Assembly: GCA_038323655.1 (NCBI GenBank)
Contig: JBBQHE010000002.1
Location: 149 to 64,148 of the forward strand
DNA length: 64,000 bases
DNA from: Acetobacterales bacterium
Lineage (GTDB): Bacteria; Pseudomonadota; Alphaproteobacteria; Acetobacterales; Acetobacteraceae
Reading direction: 5' to 3'
In this document: positions 28,121 to 37,780 of the stretch, piece after piece
Position numbering within the stretch: position 1 is the stretch's first letter
How the letters are laid out: each line of letters opens with the position of its first letter
Translations under genes and position numbers: made by a program
Notes under the pieces: model-generated
The model's database searches: none
What the model was told of the DNA's origin: nothing
What the model saw: only the letters and a program-made list of their open reading frames with translations

Positions 28121-28124
<4 letters not shown>
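27732..28124 (+). CDS. VOC family protein (glyoxalase-like)
   Basis: GTG at 27732 overlaps the oxygenase stop (GTGA). ..FDVNLFCADPEALMGFYRDLLGLEE.. and ..WQVVAEDPDGNVFRL.. are typical VOC ends. Confidence 0.7.
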
Positions 28125-30388
<2,264 letters not shown>

Positions 30389-30456
30389 GCCGGTCCCCTC
30401 TGTCTTGCCCGCAAGATGGGCGGAAGGGGCGGTCAAGGCAACGCGAGGTCAGAAAC

Positions 30457-30542
30457 TGGTGCGGTCGAGAAGATTCGAACTTCCACAGGGTTGCCCCTAC
30501 CAGCACCTCAAGCTGGCGCGTCTACCATTCCGCCACGACCGC
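30457..30542 (-). tRNA. tRNA-Leu (anticodon GAG), class II with long variable arm, CCA encoded
   Basis: Reverse complement: GCGGTCGTGGCGGAATGGTAGACGCGCCAGCTTGAGGTGCTGGTAGGGGCAACCCTGTGGAAGTTCGAATCTTCTCGACCGCACCA. It has a 7-bp acceptor stem GCGGTCG/CGACCGC, an anticodon stem CCAGC/GCTGG with loop TTGAGGT, a long variable arm, and a GTTCGAATC T-loop. Confidence 0.9.
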
Positions 30543-30562
30543 ATTGGCGCGGGGCATAGCCG

Positions 30563-31255
30563 ATGAACGGCGAAGGTTCAACCGGGCCTGGCTGGCTGAC
30601 CGCGCCCGGTCTGCTTCCCTACCCCCAGGCGCTGGCCGCGATGACCGCCCGGGTCGCCGCGATCCGCGCCGGCATGGCGGGCGATCTGGTCTGGCTGGTG
30701 GAGCACCCGCCGACCTATACCGCCGGCACCTCGGCCACGGCCGAGGGCATGCTGGACCCCAGGTTTCCGGTGTTCGCGGCCGGGCGGGGCGGCCAATGGA
30801 CCTATCACGGCCCCGGGCAGCGCACCGCCTATGTGATGCTGGACCTGACGCGAGAGGGCCGGGCGATCCCCCTGCGCGACGTCCGCGCCTATGTCCATGC
30901 GCTGGAAGCCTGGGTGATTGCGGCCCTGGCTAGCCTCGGGGTTGCGGCGGAACGGCGGGAGGGGCGGATCGGCCTTTGGGTCGCGCGCGCCGGTGGGCGG
31001 GAGGACAAGATCGCCGCCATCGGCGTGCGCATCACCCGCTGGGTGGCCTGGCACGGCATTGCGGTGAATGTCGCGCCGGACCTGTCGCATTTTTCCGGCA
31101 TCGTGCCCTGCGGCATCCGCCAGCATGGGGTGACGAGCCTGGCCGATCTCGGCGTTGGGGCCAGCATTGCCGCGCTTGATGCGGCGCTGCATGAGGCATG
31201 GCCCAGTGTGTTTGAGCCACGCCAACTTCGCCCAAACGATGGGAGGCCCGCATGA
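30563..31255 (+). CDS. lipB: Lipoyl(octanoyl) transferase
   Basis: ..[16 protein letters not shown].., ..[12 protein letters not shown].., ..[12 protein letters not shown].. and PCG (catalytic Cys) motifs. Confidence 0.9.
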   Translation: MNGEGSTGPGWLTAPGLLPYPQALAAMTARVAAIRAGMAGDLVWLVEHPPTYTAGTSATAEGMLDPRFPVFAAGRGGQWTYHGPGQRTAYVMLDLTREGRAIPLRDVRAYVHALEAWVIAALASLGVAAERREGRIGLWVARAGGREDKIAAIGVRITRWVAWHGIAVNVAPDLSHFSGIVPCGIRQHGVTSLADLGVGASIAALDAALHEAWPSVFEPRQLRPNDGRPA

Positions 31256-32715
31256 CGCCAAGAAACTTGCTCATCATGATGTCGGACGAACACAACCCCA
31301 AGGCGCTCGGCGCCGCGGGCCATCCCTTTGTCCGCACCCCGAACCTCGATGCCCTGGCCGCCGGCGCGACCCGCTTTACCGCCGCCTACACCGGCTGCCC
31401 GATCTGCGTGCCTGCCCGGGCCTCCTTCGCGACCGGCCGCCAGGTGCATGAGATCGGCCATTGGGACAACGCCCAGCCCTATGACGGCACCATCCCCTCC
31501 TGGCACCACGCCATCCGCCAACGCGGCCATCGCGTGGACTCCATCGGCAAGCTGCATTTCCGCGGCTTGCCGGGCGACGACCATGGCTTCTCCGCCGAAC
31601 ACATCCCGATGCATGTCGTCGAGCACAAGGGCGACCTGCTCGGGCTGATCCGCGACGAGACAATGCCGACCCGCAAGGGGGCGAAGAAAATGTCCGCCGC
31701 CGCAGGCCCCGGTGAAAGCGACTACACCCGCTACGACCGCGACATCGCCGCCCGGGCGCAGATCTGGCTGCATGAGGAAGCCCCGAAGCACCAGGACAAG
31801 CCCTGGGTACTGTTCGTGTCGCTGGTCACGCCGCATTTCCCGCTGGTGGCGCCGCCCGAGCATTTCTTCGCCTACCCGCCCGCGCTCATCCCGATGCCGA
31901 AGCTGTACGCGCCGCACGAACGGCCCGACCATCCCTTCCTGCGCGACCAGGCCACCGGGACGCCCTACGACAGCCATGTGAGGGACACGGCGGATGTGAA
32001 GCGCATGCTGGCCGGCTACTACGGGCTGGTCAGCTTCATGGATGAACAGGTCGGCAAGATCCTGGCCACGCTGGCCGCGACGGGCCAGGCCGCGGGGACC
32101 AACGTCCTCTACCTTTCCGACCATGGCGACAATGCCGGCGCGCGGGGCCACTGGGGCAAGAGCAACATGTATGAGGAAAGCGTCGGCATCCCGATGATTC
32201 TTTCCGGGCCCGATGTGCCACGCGGCAAGGTCGTGACGACGCCGGCGAGCCTGATCGACGTCTTCCCGACCGTGCTGGACGCGATGGGCGTCACCGACCC
32301 CGCGGCCAATACGGCGACGGCGTCGGCGATGTCGCTGTTCGACCTGGTGCGGGGGGGTGGCGCAGGGCGGGCGGTGCTGTCCGAATACCATGCCTCAGGC
32401 TCGCGCCAGGCTGCCTTCATGCTGCGCGATGCGCGCTGGAAATACGTGCGCTACGTCACCTATCCGCCGCAGCTTTTCGATCTTGAGGGCGACCCTGAGG
32501 AGCTGGTGGATCGTGCGGCCGACCCGGCATGTGCGGCGGTCCTGGCGGCGATGGAAGCGCGGCTGACCGCGCTGCTCGACCCGGCCGAGGTCGATGCCCG
32601 GGCCAAGGCGCGCCAGGCGGCGCTGCTGGCCGCGCATGGCGGGGCGGAGGCCGTGCTCAAGCGCGGCGAACTGCCCTTTTCGCCCCCGCCTGGCGTGGCC
32701 CCGGCCTGGAGTTGA
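31252..32715 (+). CDS. Sulfatase family hydrolase (choline/aryl-sulfatase-like)
   Basis: [10 protein letters not shown], then [17 protein letters not shown] containing the C-x-P-x-R formylglycine motif, then ..YLSDHGD... The ATG overlaps the lipB stop (ATGA). Confidence 0.85.
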   Translation: MTPRNLLIMMSDEHNPKALGAAGHPFVRTPNLDALAAGATRFTAAYTGCPICVPARASFATGRQVHEIGHWDNAQPYDGTIPSWHHAIRQRGHRVDSIGKLHFRGLPGDDHGFSAEHIPMHVVEHKGDLLGLIRDETMPTRKGAKKMSAAAGPGESDYTRYDRDIAARAQIWLHEEAPKHQDKPWVLFVSLVTPHFPLVAPPEHFFAYPPALIPMPKLYAPHERPDHPFLRDQATGTPYDSHVRDTADVKRMLAGYYGLVSFMDEQVGKILATLAATGQAAGTNVLYLSDHGDNAGARGHWGKSNMYEESVGIPMILSGPDVPRGKVVTTPASLIDVFPTVLDAMGVTDPAANTATASAMSLFDLVRGGGAGRAVLSEYHASGSRQAAFMLRDARWKYVRYVTYPPQLFDLEGDPEELVDRAADPACAAVLAAMEARLTALLDPAEVDARAKARQAALLAAHGGAEAVLKRGELPFSPPPGVAPAWS

Positions 32716-33678
32716 TCATTCCAGCCGCGCGCCGGAAATCCGCACCACCTCGCGCCCCCGTTCCAGATCCCCCGGCAGATAGTCGCGGAAGGCGGCAGGG
32801 CCGAGGCCGATGATCGCCGTGCCATCCCCCGTCACCCGGCTGCGGAAGCCGGGATCGGCCAGCGCCGCCTGGGCGGCCGCAGCCAGGCGCTGCACGATCG
32901 GTGCCGGCAGCCGCGCCGGCCCCATCAGCGCCATCCAGCTGATGTAGGTGAAGCCCGGCAGGCTTTCGGCCAGCGCCGGCACGTCGGGCAACAGCGCCGT
33001 TCGGTCGGGTGAGGTGACGGCCAGCGCCCGCAGCTGCCCCGCGCGGATCAACGGCAACGCCACCTGCAATTGCGGCATGCCAAAGACCACCGTGCCCTGA
33101 CGCACCGCGTTCACAATATCGGGCGCGCCGCGATAGGGAATGTGCTCCGCCTCGGTCCCGGTGCGTGCCAGAAACAACGCGACGGTCAGATGCGCCGCAC
33201 TGCCGAAGCCACCCGAGGCATAGGGCGTTTTCGGATCGCCCTGCAGCCGTGCCACCAGATCGCCCATGCTGCGGATCGGGTTGTCGGCCCGCACGACGAC
33301 AACGTTCGACATGCCGAAGGCAAGGGTGATCGGCGTGAAATCGGCCATGGGGTCGTAGTCCACACGGCCATACAGCGGCGGGTTCACCGTCAGCGACCCG
33401 CTGGCCCAGAGCAGCGTATAGCCATCGGATGGCGCCTGGCGCGCGACGTAGGTGAAGCCGATATTGCCCGCGGCGCCGGGGCGATTTTCCATTACCAGCG
33501 GCTGGCCGAGGCGACTGCCCATGGCGTCCGACAGTTGCCGCGCGTTGATGTCGGGCGCGCTGCCGGGAATGAAGGGGACGATCAGCCGGATCGGGCGGGC
33601 GGGATAGGTCTCTTGCGCGGCGACAGGTGTGGCAGTGGCCAGGCCCGCCAGGGCCAACCCTCGGCGTGAGATTCGCAT
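32716..33678 (-). CDS. Bug family (TctC-like) substrate-binding protein
   Basis: Signal peptide MRISRRGLALAGLATATPVAAQ, then LIVPFIPGSAPD, ENRPGAAGNIG, HIPYRGAPDI. Confidence 0.9.
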   Translation of the reverse strand: MRISRRGLALAGLATATPVAAQETYPARPIRLIVPFIPGSAPDINARQLSDAMGSRLGQPLVMENRPGAAGNIGFTYVARQAPSDGYTLLWASGSLTVNPPLYGRVDYDPMADFTPITLAFGMSNVVVVRADNPIRSMGDLVARLQGDPKTPYASGGFGSAAHLTVALFLARTGTEAEHIPYRGAPDIVNAVRQGTVVFGMPQLQVALPLIRAGQLRALAVTSPDRTALLPDVPALAESLPGFTYISWMALMGPARLPAPIVQRLAAAAQAALADPGFRSRVTGDGTAIIGLGPAAFRDYLPGDLERGREVVRISGARLE

Positions 33679-33730
33679 GGCCAGTCCCCCCTTGTTTTGG
33701 CGGCAGCATGCGAAGCGGCGGCAGCCCCGG

Positions 33731-34951
33731 TCAAGCGCGGTCGTGCGGCTTCAACCCATAGGGCTTCACCAGGTCCCAGACATGCGGCGGGACCATGTTC
33801 TTCACCATGGCGGGTTCTTCGCGTTGCAGGTGCACGACCGTCTCGCAGGCCTTCATCTCGACGCGGGTACGCGCGAATTCCAGCCCGCGTGGCCCGATGC
33901 GCGGCATCAGCCAGCCGACGATGGGGCGGACCCAGTTGGGCATGCGCCGCAGCGGCAACCCGCCGGCGGCACGCTGCACATTGGCCAGGAACCCCTTCAC
34001 CGCACCGGCGCGCTTGCCGGCGCTGCCGGGGGCGGAGAGGCGAACTTCGTCGCCCAGCAGCCCCAAAAGTTCCTCGCCACGTTCATTGCGGACCAGCAGC
34101 CACTGTTCGCCCTGGCCGGCCATGTAGCCCACGGTGATGTCCGCCAGCACGTTGGTGTAGTCGACGCAGGTGCGGCAGGTCAGTGGGAAGAAATCCGCCG
34201 GCAGTTTGGAAATCGGCAGTTGCAGAAAGGGGATTTCGCGCTTGCGGCCGTTCGCGAAACGGACCTCGACGTAGTAGTCCGCGCGAAATTCCAGATAGGT
34301 GATGGTCTCCGGCGCATCCGACAGCAGCGCCAGGAAGGTGTGGAAATTCGCGGTCGTCGTATTGTCGGAGCAGGGCGTGCCGATGACAAAAATCTTCTCA
34401 AAGCCGAGTTCGGCTTCCAGCGCCCGCAAGGCATAGACCTGGCAGGGGATCCCGATCACGGCGATGCGCCGGTGCCCGGCGGCACGGGCCGGTTCCAGCA
34501 GCGCCAGCAGCGGCGCGTAGCCCATGCGCATCCCCCGCACCTGCGCCATGCCGCTGGCCTTGGTCACCAGAACGGGCACGGGCTTCCAGCGGTCCTGCGC
34601 GTCAGGCGCCATGGTCAGCACGGCATCGACCGCACCGGCTTCCAGCAGTTTCTCGGCGATGCGGGTGGTGATGCCGGTCCATTGCGCATCGGGCTTTGGC
34701 GGCGTCAGCGACGCCCGGACCATGCGCCGAAACGGCCCGAAATGCAGCTCATCCGGCCGGGCCGGGTCGCGCGCGCGGCCATGCACGCGGGCTTCCAGGG
34801 CGGCATAGTCGGGCTTGATGAACTGACAGGCGCGGCCGCAGGCGCGCGGGTCAGCGGTGCGGGAAACCCCGCAGTCGGTGCACAGCCCGCGTTCGGCCGC
34901 GGTGCCGATCGGTGGTGCCCAGACGTCCGGAAGCGAAGCCTGTTGTGTCAT
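33731..34951 (-). CDS. Coenzyme F420 hydrogenase/dehydrogenase beta-subunit (FrhB)-family Fe-S flavoprotein, HCAR-like
   Basis: N-terminal Cys cluster LCTDCGVSR..ACGRACQF, and ..IAVIGIPCQVYALR.. / ..VIGTPCSDN.. / ..CRTCVDYTN.. typical of FrhB_N/FrhB_C proteins. ATG 34951 is preferred over the TTG at 34963. Confidence 0.75.
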   Translation of the reverse strand: MTQQASLPDVWAPPIGTAAERGLCTDCGVSRTADPRACGRACQFIKPDYAALEARVHGRARDPARPDELHFGPFRRMVRASLTPPKPDAQWTGITTRIAEKLLEAGAVDAVLTMAPDAQDRWKPVPVLVTKASGMAQVRGMRMGYAPLLALLEPARAAGHRRIAVIGIPCQVYALRALEAELGFEKIFVIGTPCSDNTTTANFHTFLALLSDAPETITYLEFRADYYVEVRFANGRKREIPFLQLPISKLPADFFPLTCRTCVDYTNVLADITVGYMAGQGEQWLLVRNERGEELLGLLGDEVRLSAPGSAGKRAGAVKGFLANVQRAAGGLPLRRMPNWVRPIVGWLMPRIGPRGLEFARTRVEMKACETVVHLQREEPAMVKNMVPPHVWDLVKPYGLKPHDRA

Positions 34952-35017
34952 GCGATGTCCCAAGACGGGCCGCGGCCTGCGGCGGAGCCAGGGTATCGGA
35001 TGCGGCGAATGGCGCCA

Positions 35018-35105
35018 GGGTCAGCAAGCCGCGGGTCAGTTGGGCCAGAGTCAGTCGGCCAGGGTCAGTTGGCCAGAATCAGTCGGCCGAGAATCAGTCG
35101 GTTTT
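35018..35105. repeat. Six tandem degenerate 14-15-bp repeats (consensus GrrTCAGTyGGCCA)
   Basis: Read directly: GGGTCAGCAAGCCGC / GGGTCAGTTGGGCCA / GAGTCAGTCGGCCA / GGGTCAGTTGGCCA / GAATCAGTCGGCCGA / GAATCAGTCGGTTTT. The TCAG cores are at 35021, 35036, 35051, 35065, 35079 and 35094. Three units carry GANTC (35048, 35076, 35091). Confidence 0.75.
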
Positions 35106-35246
35106 GTCCGCGACCGGGGTGGCATTGTCTGCGACCGGTGCCTGGCGAGGCTTGCCGGGCACGACCGGGGTCATGGCAGCACCATCGGCCGAGAAGGTCG
35201 GCAGGTCCTGCGACTTGGTCTCATCGGGCTGGTTGGTGTCGGGCAT
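35094..35246 (-). CDS. Possible small acidic/Pro-rich protein (50 aa), no recognisable family
   Basis: MPDTNQPDETKSQDLPTFSADGAAMTPVVPGKPRQAPVADNATPVADKTD. Third-position G+C is high like the neighbouring genes, but the RBS is weak and the sequence is low-complexity. Confidence 0.3.
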   Translation of the reverse strand: MPDTNQPDETKSQDLPTFSADGAAMTPVVPGKPRQAPVADNATPVADKTD

Positions 35247-35329
35247 GTGAAGCAATCCAGTATGGTGCGATGCAACATATTGGACGGCCAAAGCGAATCA
35301 CCAGAGACTCTTTTGTGCGTTGCACACAA

Positions 35330-35358
35330 GCAACGCGGCGGTCACGCCGCCGCGTTGC
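35330..35358 (-). terminator. GC-rich hairpin 9 nt downstream of the helicase stop (probable intrinsic terminator)
   Basis: GCAACGCGGCGG-TCACG-CCGCCGCGTTGC is a perfect 12-bp stem with a 5-nt loop. On the transcribed (minus) strand it is followed by TTGTGTG..., only a partly U-rich tail. Confidence 0.5.
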
Positions 35359-35366
35359 AATGAGAG

Positions 35367-36824
35367 TTAGCGTCCCCGGCGCAGGAAGGCCGGCACTTCG
35401 CCGCCCTCGCCCCCGGCATCGCGGAAGTCGCCTTCACGCCATCCGCGGTCCTTGCGGCCCTCGGCTGCAACGCGGGGGGCCGAGGCCGAGGCGTGACGCC
35501 CCGCCCCACCTGGCGCGCCACGGCCGGCGCCGGCTGGACGCGGCGCATGCTGCGGGGCGGAACGAGGCGCATGCTGCGCCGGGGCCGCGCCACGGCGCTG
35601 GTCACCACCACGCCCGGCCCCGCCACGCTGCTGCTGCTGCGGCCGGCCTTGGCCGCGCGGCGCGGGCTTGGGGATGGGCGCGCCCGGCAGCGGCAGGTCG
35701 CCGGACGCCGGGATCTGCTGGCGGGTCAGCTTCTCGATCGCCTTCAGCAGCGAGATGTCGTCAGGGCTGACCAGGGCCACGGCCTCACCGGACGCACCGG
35801 CGCGCGCAGTGCGGCCGATGCGATGGACATAGGTCTCGGGCACTTCCGGCAGGTCGTACTGGATGACATGCGTCACCCCCGGCACGTCGATGCCGCGGGC
35901 GGCGATGTCGGTCGCGACCAGCACGGGCGCCGAGCCCTGCTTGAAGGCGGCGAGCGCCTTTTCACGCTGGCTCTGGCTGCGATTGCCGTGGATGGCGTTG
36001 GCCTGAATGCCGTCCTGCTCCAGCTGCTTCACGATGCGGTCGGCACCATGCTTGGTGCGGCTGAACACCAGCACGCGGCCGACACCCTCACCGACCAACA
36101 GGGCTGACAAAGCGGCGCGCTTGCCGTCGCGGCCGACGTGGATGACGCGCTGCTCCACCCGTTCGGCCGTGGTGGCGACGGGTGCGACCGACACGCGCAC
36201 CGGCTCGCGCAGCATTTCTGCCGCCAGGCGGTCGATCTCGGTCGGCATGGTGGCGCTGAAGAACAGCGTCTGCCGCGCCGCGGGCACACGCGCCACGATC
36301 TTGCGGGCCGCGGGCAGAAAACCGCGGTCGAGCATCTGGTCGGCTTCGTCCAGCACCAGCACGGTGACGTGGTCGAGCCGCAGCGTGCCCTGGCCCATGT
36401 GGTCCATCAGGCGCCCGGGGGTGGCGACGAGGATGTCGACACCGGCCTGTATGGCGCGGCGCTGCGGGCCTTCCGGCACGCCGCCGAAGACGACCGCGTG
36501 GGTCAGGCCAGTGTGGCGGCCGTAGGACTTGAGGTCGGCGGCGATCTGGCTGGCCAGTTCGCGCGTGGGCGACAGGATCAGCGCACGGCAGCCACCACGT
36601 GGCGGGCGGCCGCCCTGGGCGAGCAGCCTGTGCAGCACGGGCAGGCCGAAGGCCGCGGTCTTGCCGGTGCCGGTCTGGGCGATGCCCAGTACGTCACGGC
36701 CCGACATGGCGGCCGGAATGGCCTGGGACTGGATGGGGGTGGGCACGACAAAGCCAGCATCGGCAACAGCGCGCATAAGGGGTTCGGCCAGGCCGAGGGA
36801 AGCGAAAGTCAAAGGTTCGGTCAC
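35367..36824 (-). CDS. rhlE: ATP-dependent DEAD-box RNA helicase with Arg/Gly-rich C-terminal tail
   Basis: Q-motif ..FASLGL..F..PTPIQ, Walker A AQTGTGKT, DEAD (VLDEAD), SAT, and HRIGRTARAG. The GTG start at 36824 is preceded by AGGA 5 nt upstream; the track start is 36866. Confidence 0.9.
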   Translation of the reverse strand: MTEPLTFASLGLAEPLMRAVADAGFVVPTPIQSQAIPAAMSGRDVLGIAQTGTGKTAAFGLPVLHRLLAQGGRPPRGGCRALILSPTRELASQIAADLKSYGRHTGLTHAVVFGGVPEGPQRRAIQAGVDILVATPGRLMDHMGQGTLRLDHVTVLVLDEADQMLDRGFLPAARKIVARVPAARQTLFFSATMPTEIDRLAAEMLREPVRVSVAPVATTAERVEQRVIHVGRDGKRAALSALLVGEGVGRVLVFSRTKHGADRIVKQLEQDGIQANAIHGNRSQSQREKALAAFKQGSAPVLVATDIAARGIDVPGVTHVIQYDLPEVPETYVHRIGRTARAGASGEAVALVSPDDISLLKAIEKLTRQQIPASGDLPLPGAPIPKPAPRGQGRPQQQQRGGAGRGGDQRRGAAPAQHAPRSAPQHAPRPAGAGRGAPGGAGRHASASAPRVAAEGRKDRGWREGDFRDAGGEGGEVPAFLRRGR

Positions 36825-37062
36825 GGAAATCCTGTGGCCTGCCATGGGGCAGGACGCATGCGGCAACCCTGGCGTGGTGCGGGGCGACAGCGGTGCAATG
36901 GGCCGCCACCCTTACCAGAAGGGACCCACCCGGCGTGCCCGTTGGGTGTTCCAAGCTGGAAACACCGGGGCGGCCGATCACGCGATGGGCGCGGCATGGG
37001 CGGGATGAACCCCGCCGACGCGGAACATCTGACAGAGACGCTGGCATTTCGCAACTGCGAAA

Positions 37063-37758
37063 TCACCCCATCCTGGACAAAACCAGAAAACGGGCCGCCA
37101 GGGCCACGTCGCTGGACACGCCGGCGGCACGGATCGCGGCGTCATCGTCCAGGCCCCAGAATTCCTGCTGGAAGACCTCATCCACATGGGCGGCGGCCAC
37201 GGCCTCGGCTGGGGCCAGCAGCCCCTCGGCCACGGCCAGGCCCAGCACCAGGCTGCCCAGGGCCGGCACCATGACCCCCAATCCCGCCAGCGCCCAGGCG
37301 TCTTGCCGCGTGACCACCGCGCGGAGTGCGTCGAGGGACGCGGCATCCTGCGCCACCGGCATGACGCCGACAGTCGCGCGCAGCGGGGCGCCAAGACGTT
37401 CCGCGACCCATTCCAGCATCGGGTCCCAGGCCGTCGCCTGGCGCGCGGCCAACCGGGGGTCCTCGGCGCGGTAACACAGCAGGTCCGTCTCGCCATAGGC
37501 CGCGAGCGCTGCCACCACCGGTGCCGGGTCCGGTGCAATGCGGTCCTGCGCCGTGCCGACCAGGCGGGTCAGGGGCAACAGGTCCCAGGTGAAGTCGGCC
37601 TCGATCGCCTGCCATTCGTCAGCCACGGCGGCGGCCATGGCGCGGCCCTGCACCCGCAGCATCGTCCCGCCGGGCAGGCGCAGGGGCTTGCCGTCCAGCA
37701 CAATGGCGAAGCCATCGGCCTCCGGCTGACTCTCGACAGCGGTCCAGAAGCGTTTCAT
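37063..37758 (-). CDS. ATP12 family F1-ATPase assembly chaperone
   Basis: MKRFWTAV..VLDGKPLRLPGG.., ..ADEW.., ..TDLLCYRAEDP.., ..QQEFWGLDDDA.. match the ATP12/Atp12p layout. Confidence 0.8.
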   Translation of the reverse strand: MKRFWTAVESQPEADGFAIVLDGKPLRLPGGTMLRVQGRAMAAAVADEWQAIEADFTWDLLPLTRLVGTAQDRIAPDPAPVVAALAAYGETDLLCYRAEDPRLAARQATAWDPMLEWVAERLGAPLRATVGVMPVAQDAASLDALRAVVTRQDAWALAGLGVMVPALGSLVLGLAVAEGLLAPAEAVAAAHVDEVFQQEFWGLDDDAAIRAAGVSSDVALAARFLVLSRMG

Positions 37759-37780
37759 GCGCCGCCGCTTAGCCCTTGCG

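Noticed and set aside
30389-30562. tRNA-Leu locus considered as an integration hotspot or genomic-island border
   Set aside because: There is no integrase, no direct repeat of the tRNA 3' end, and no compositional break that I could see. The flanking genes (maeB, lipB) are housekeeping.
33629-35770. 713-aa plus-strand ORF
   Set aside because: It runs antisense across the Bug start, the FrhB-like gene, the repeat array and the helicase 3' end. It is not protein-like (runs of R, P, A and G).
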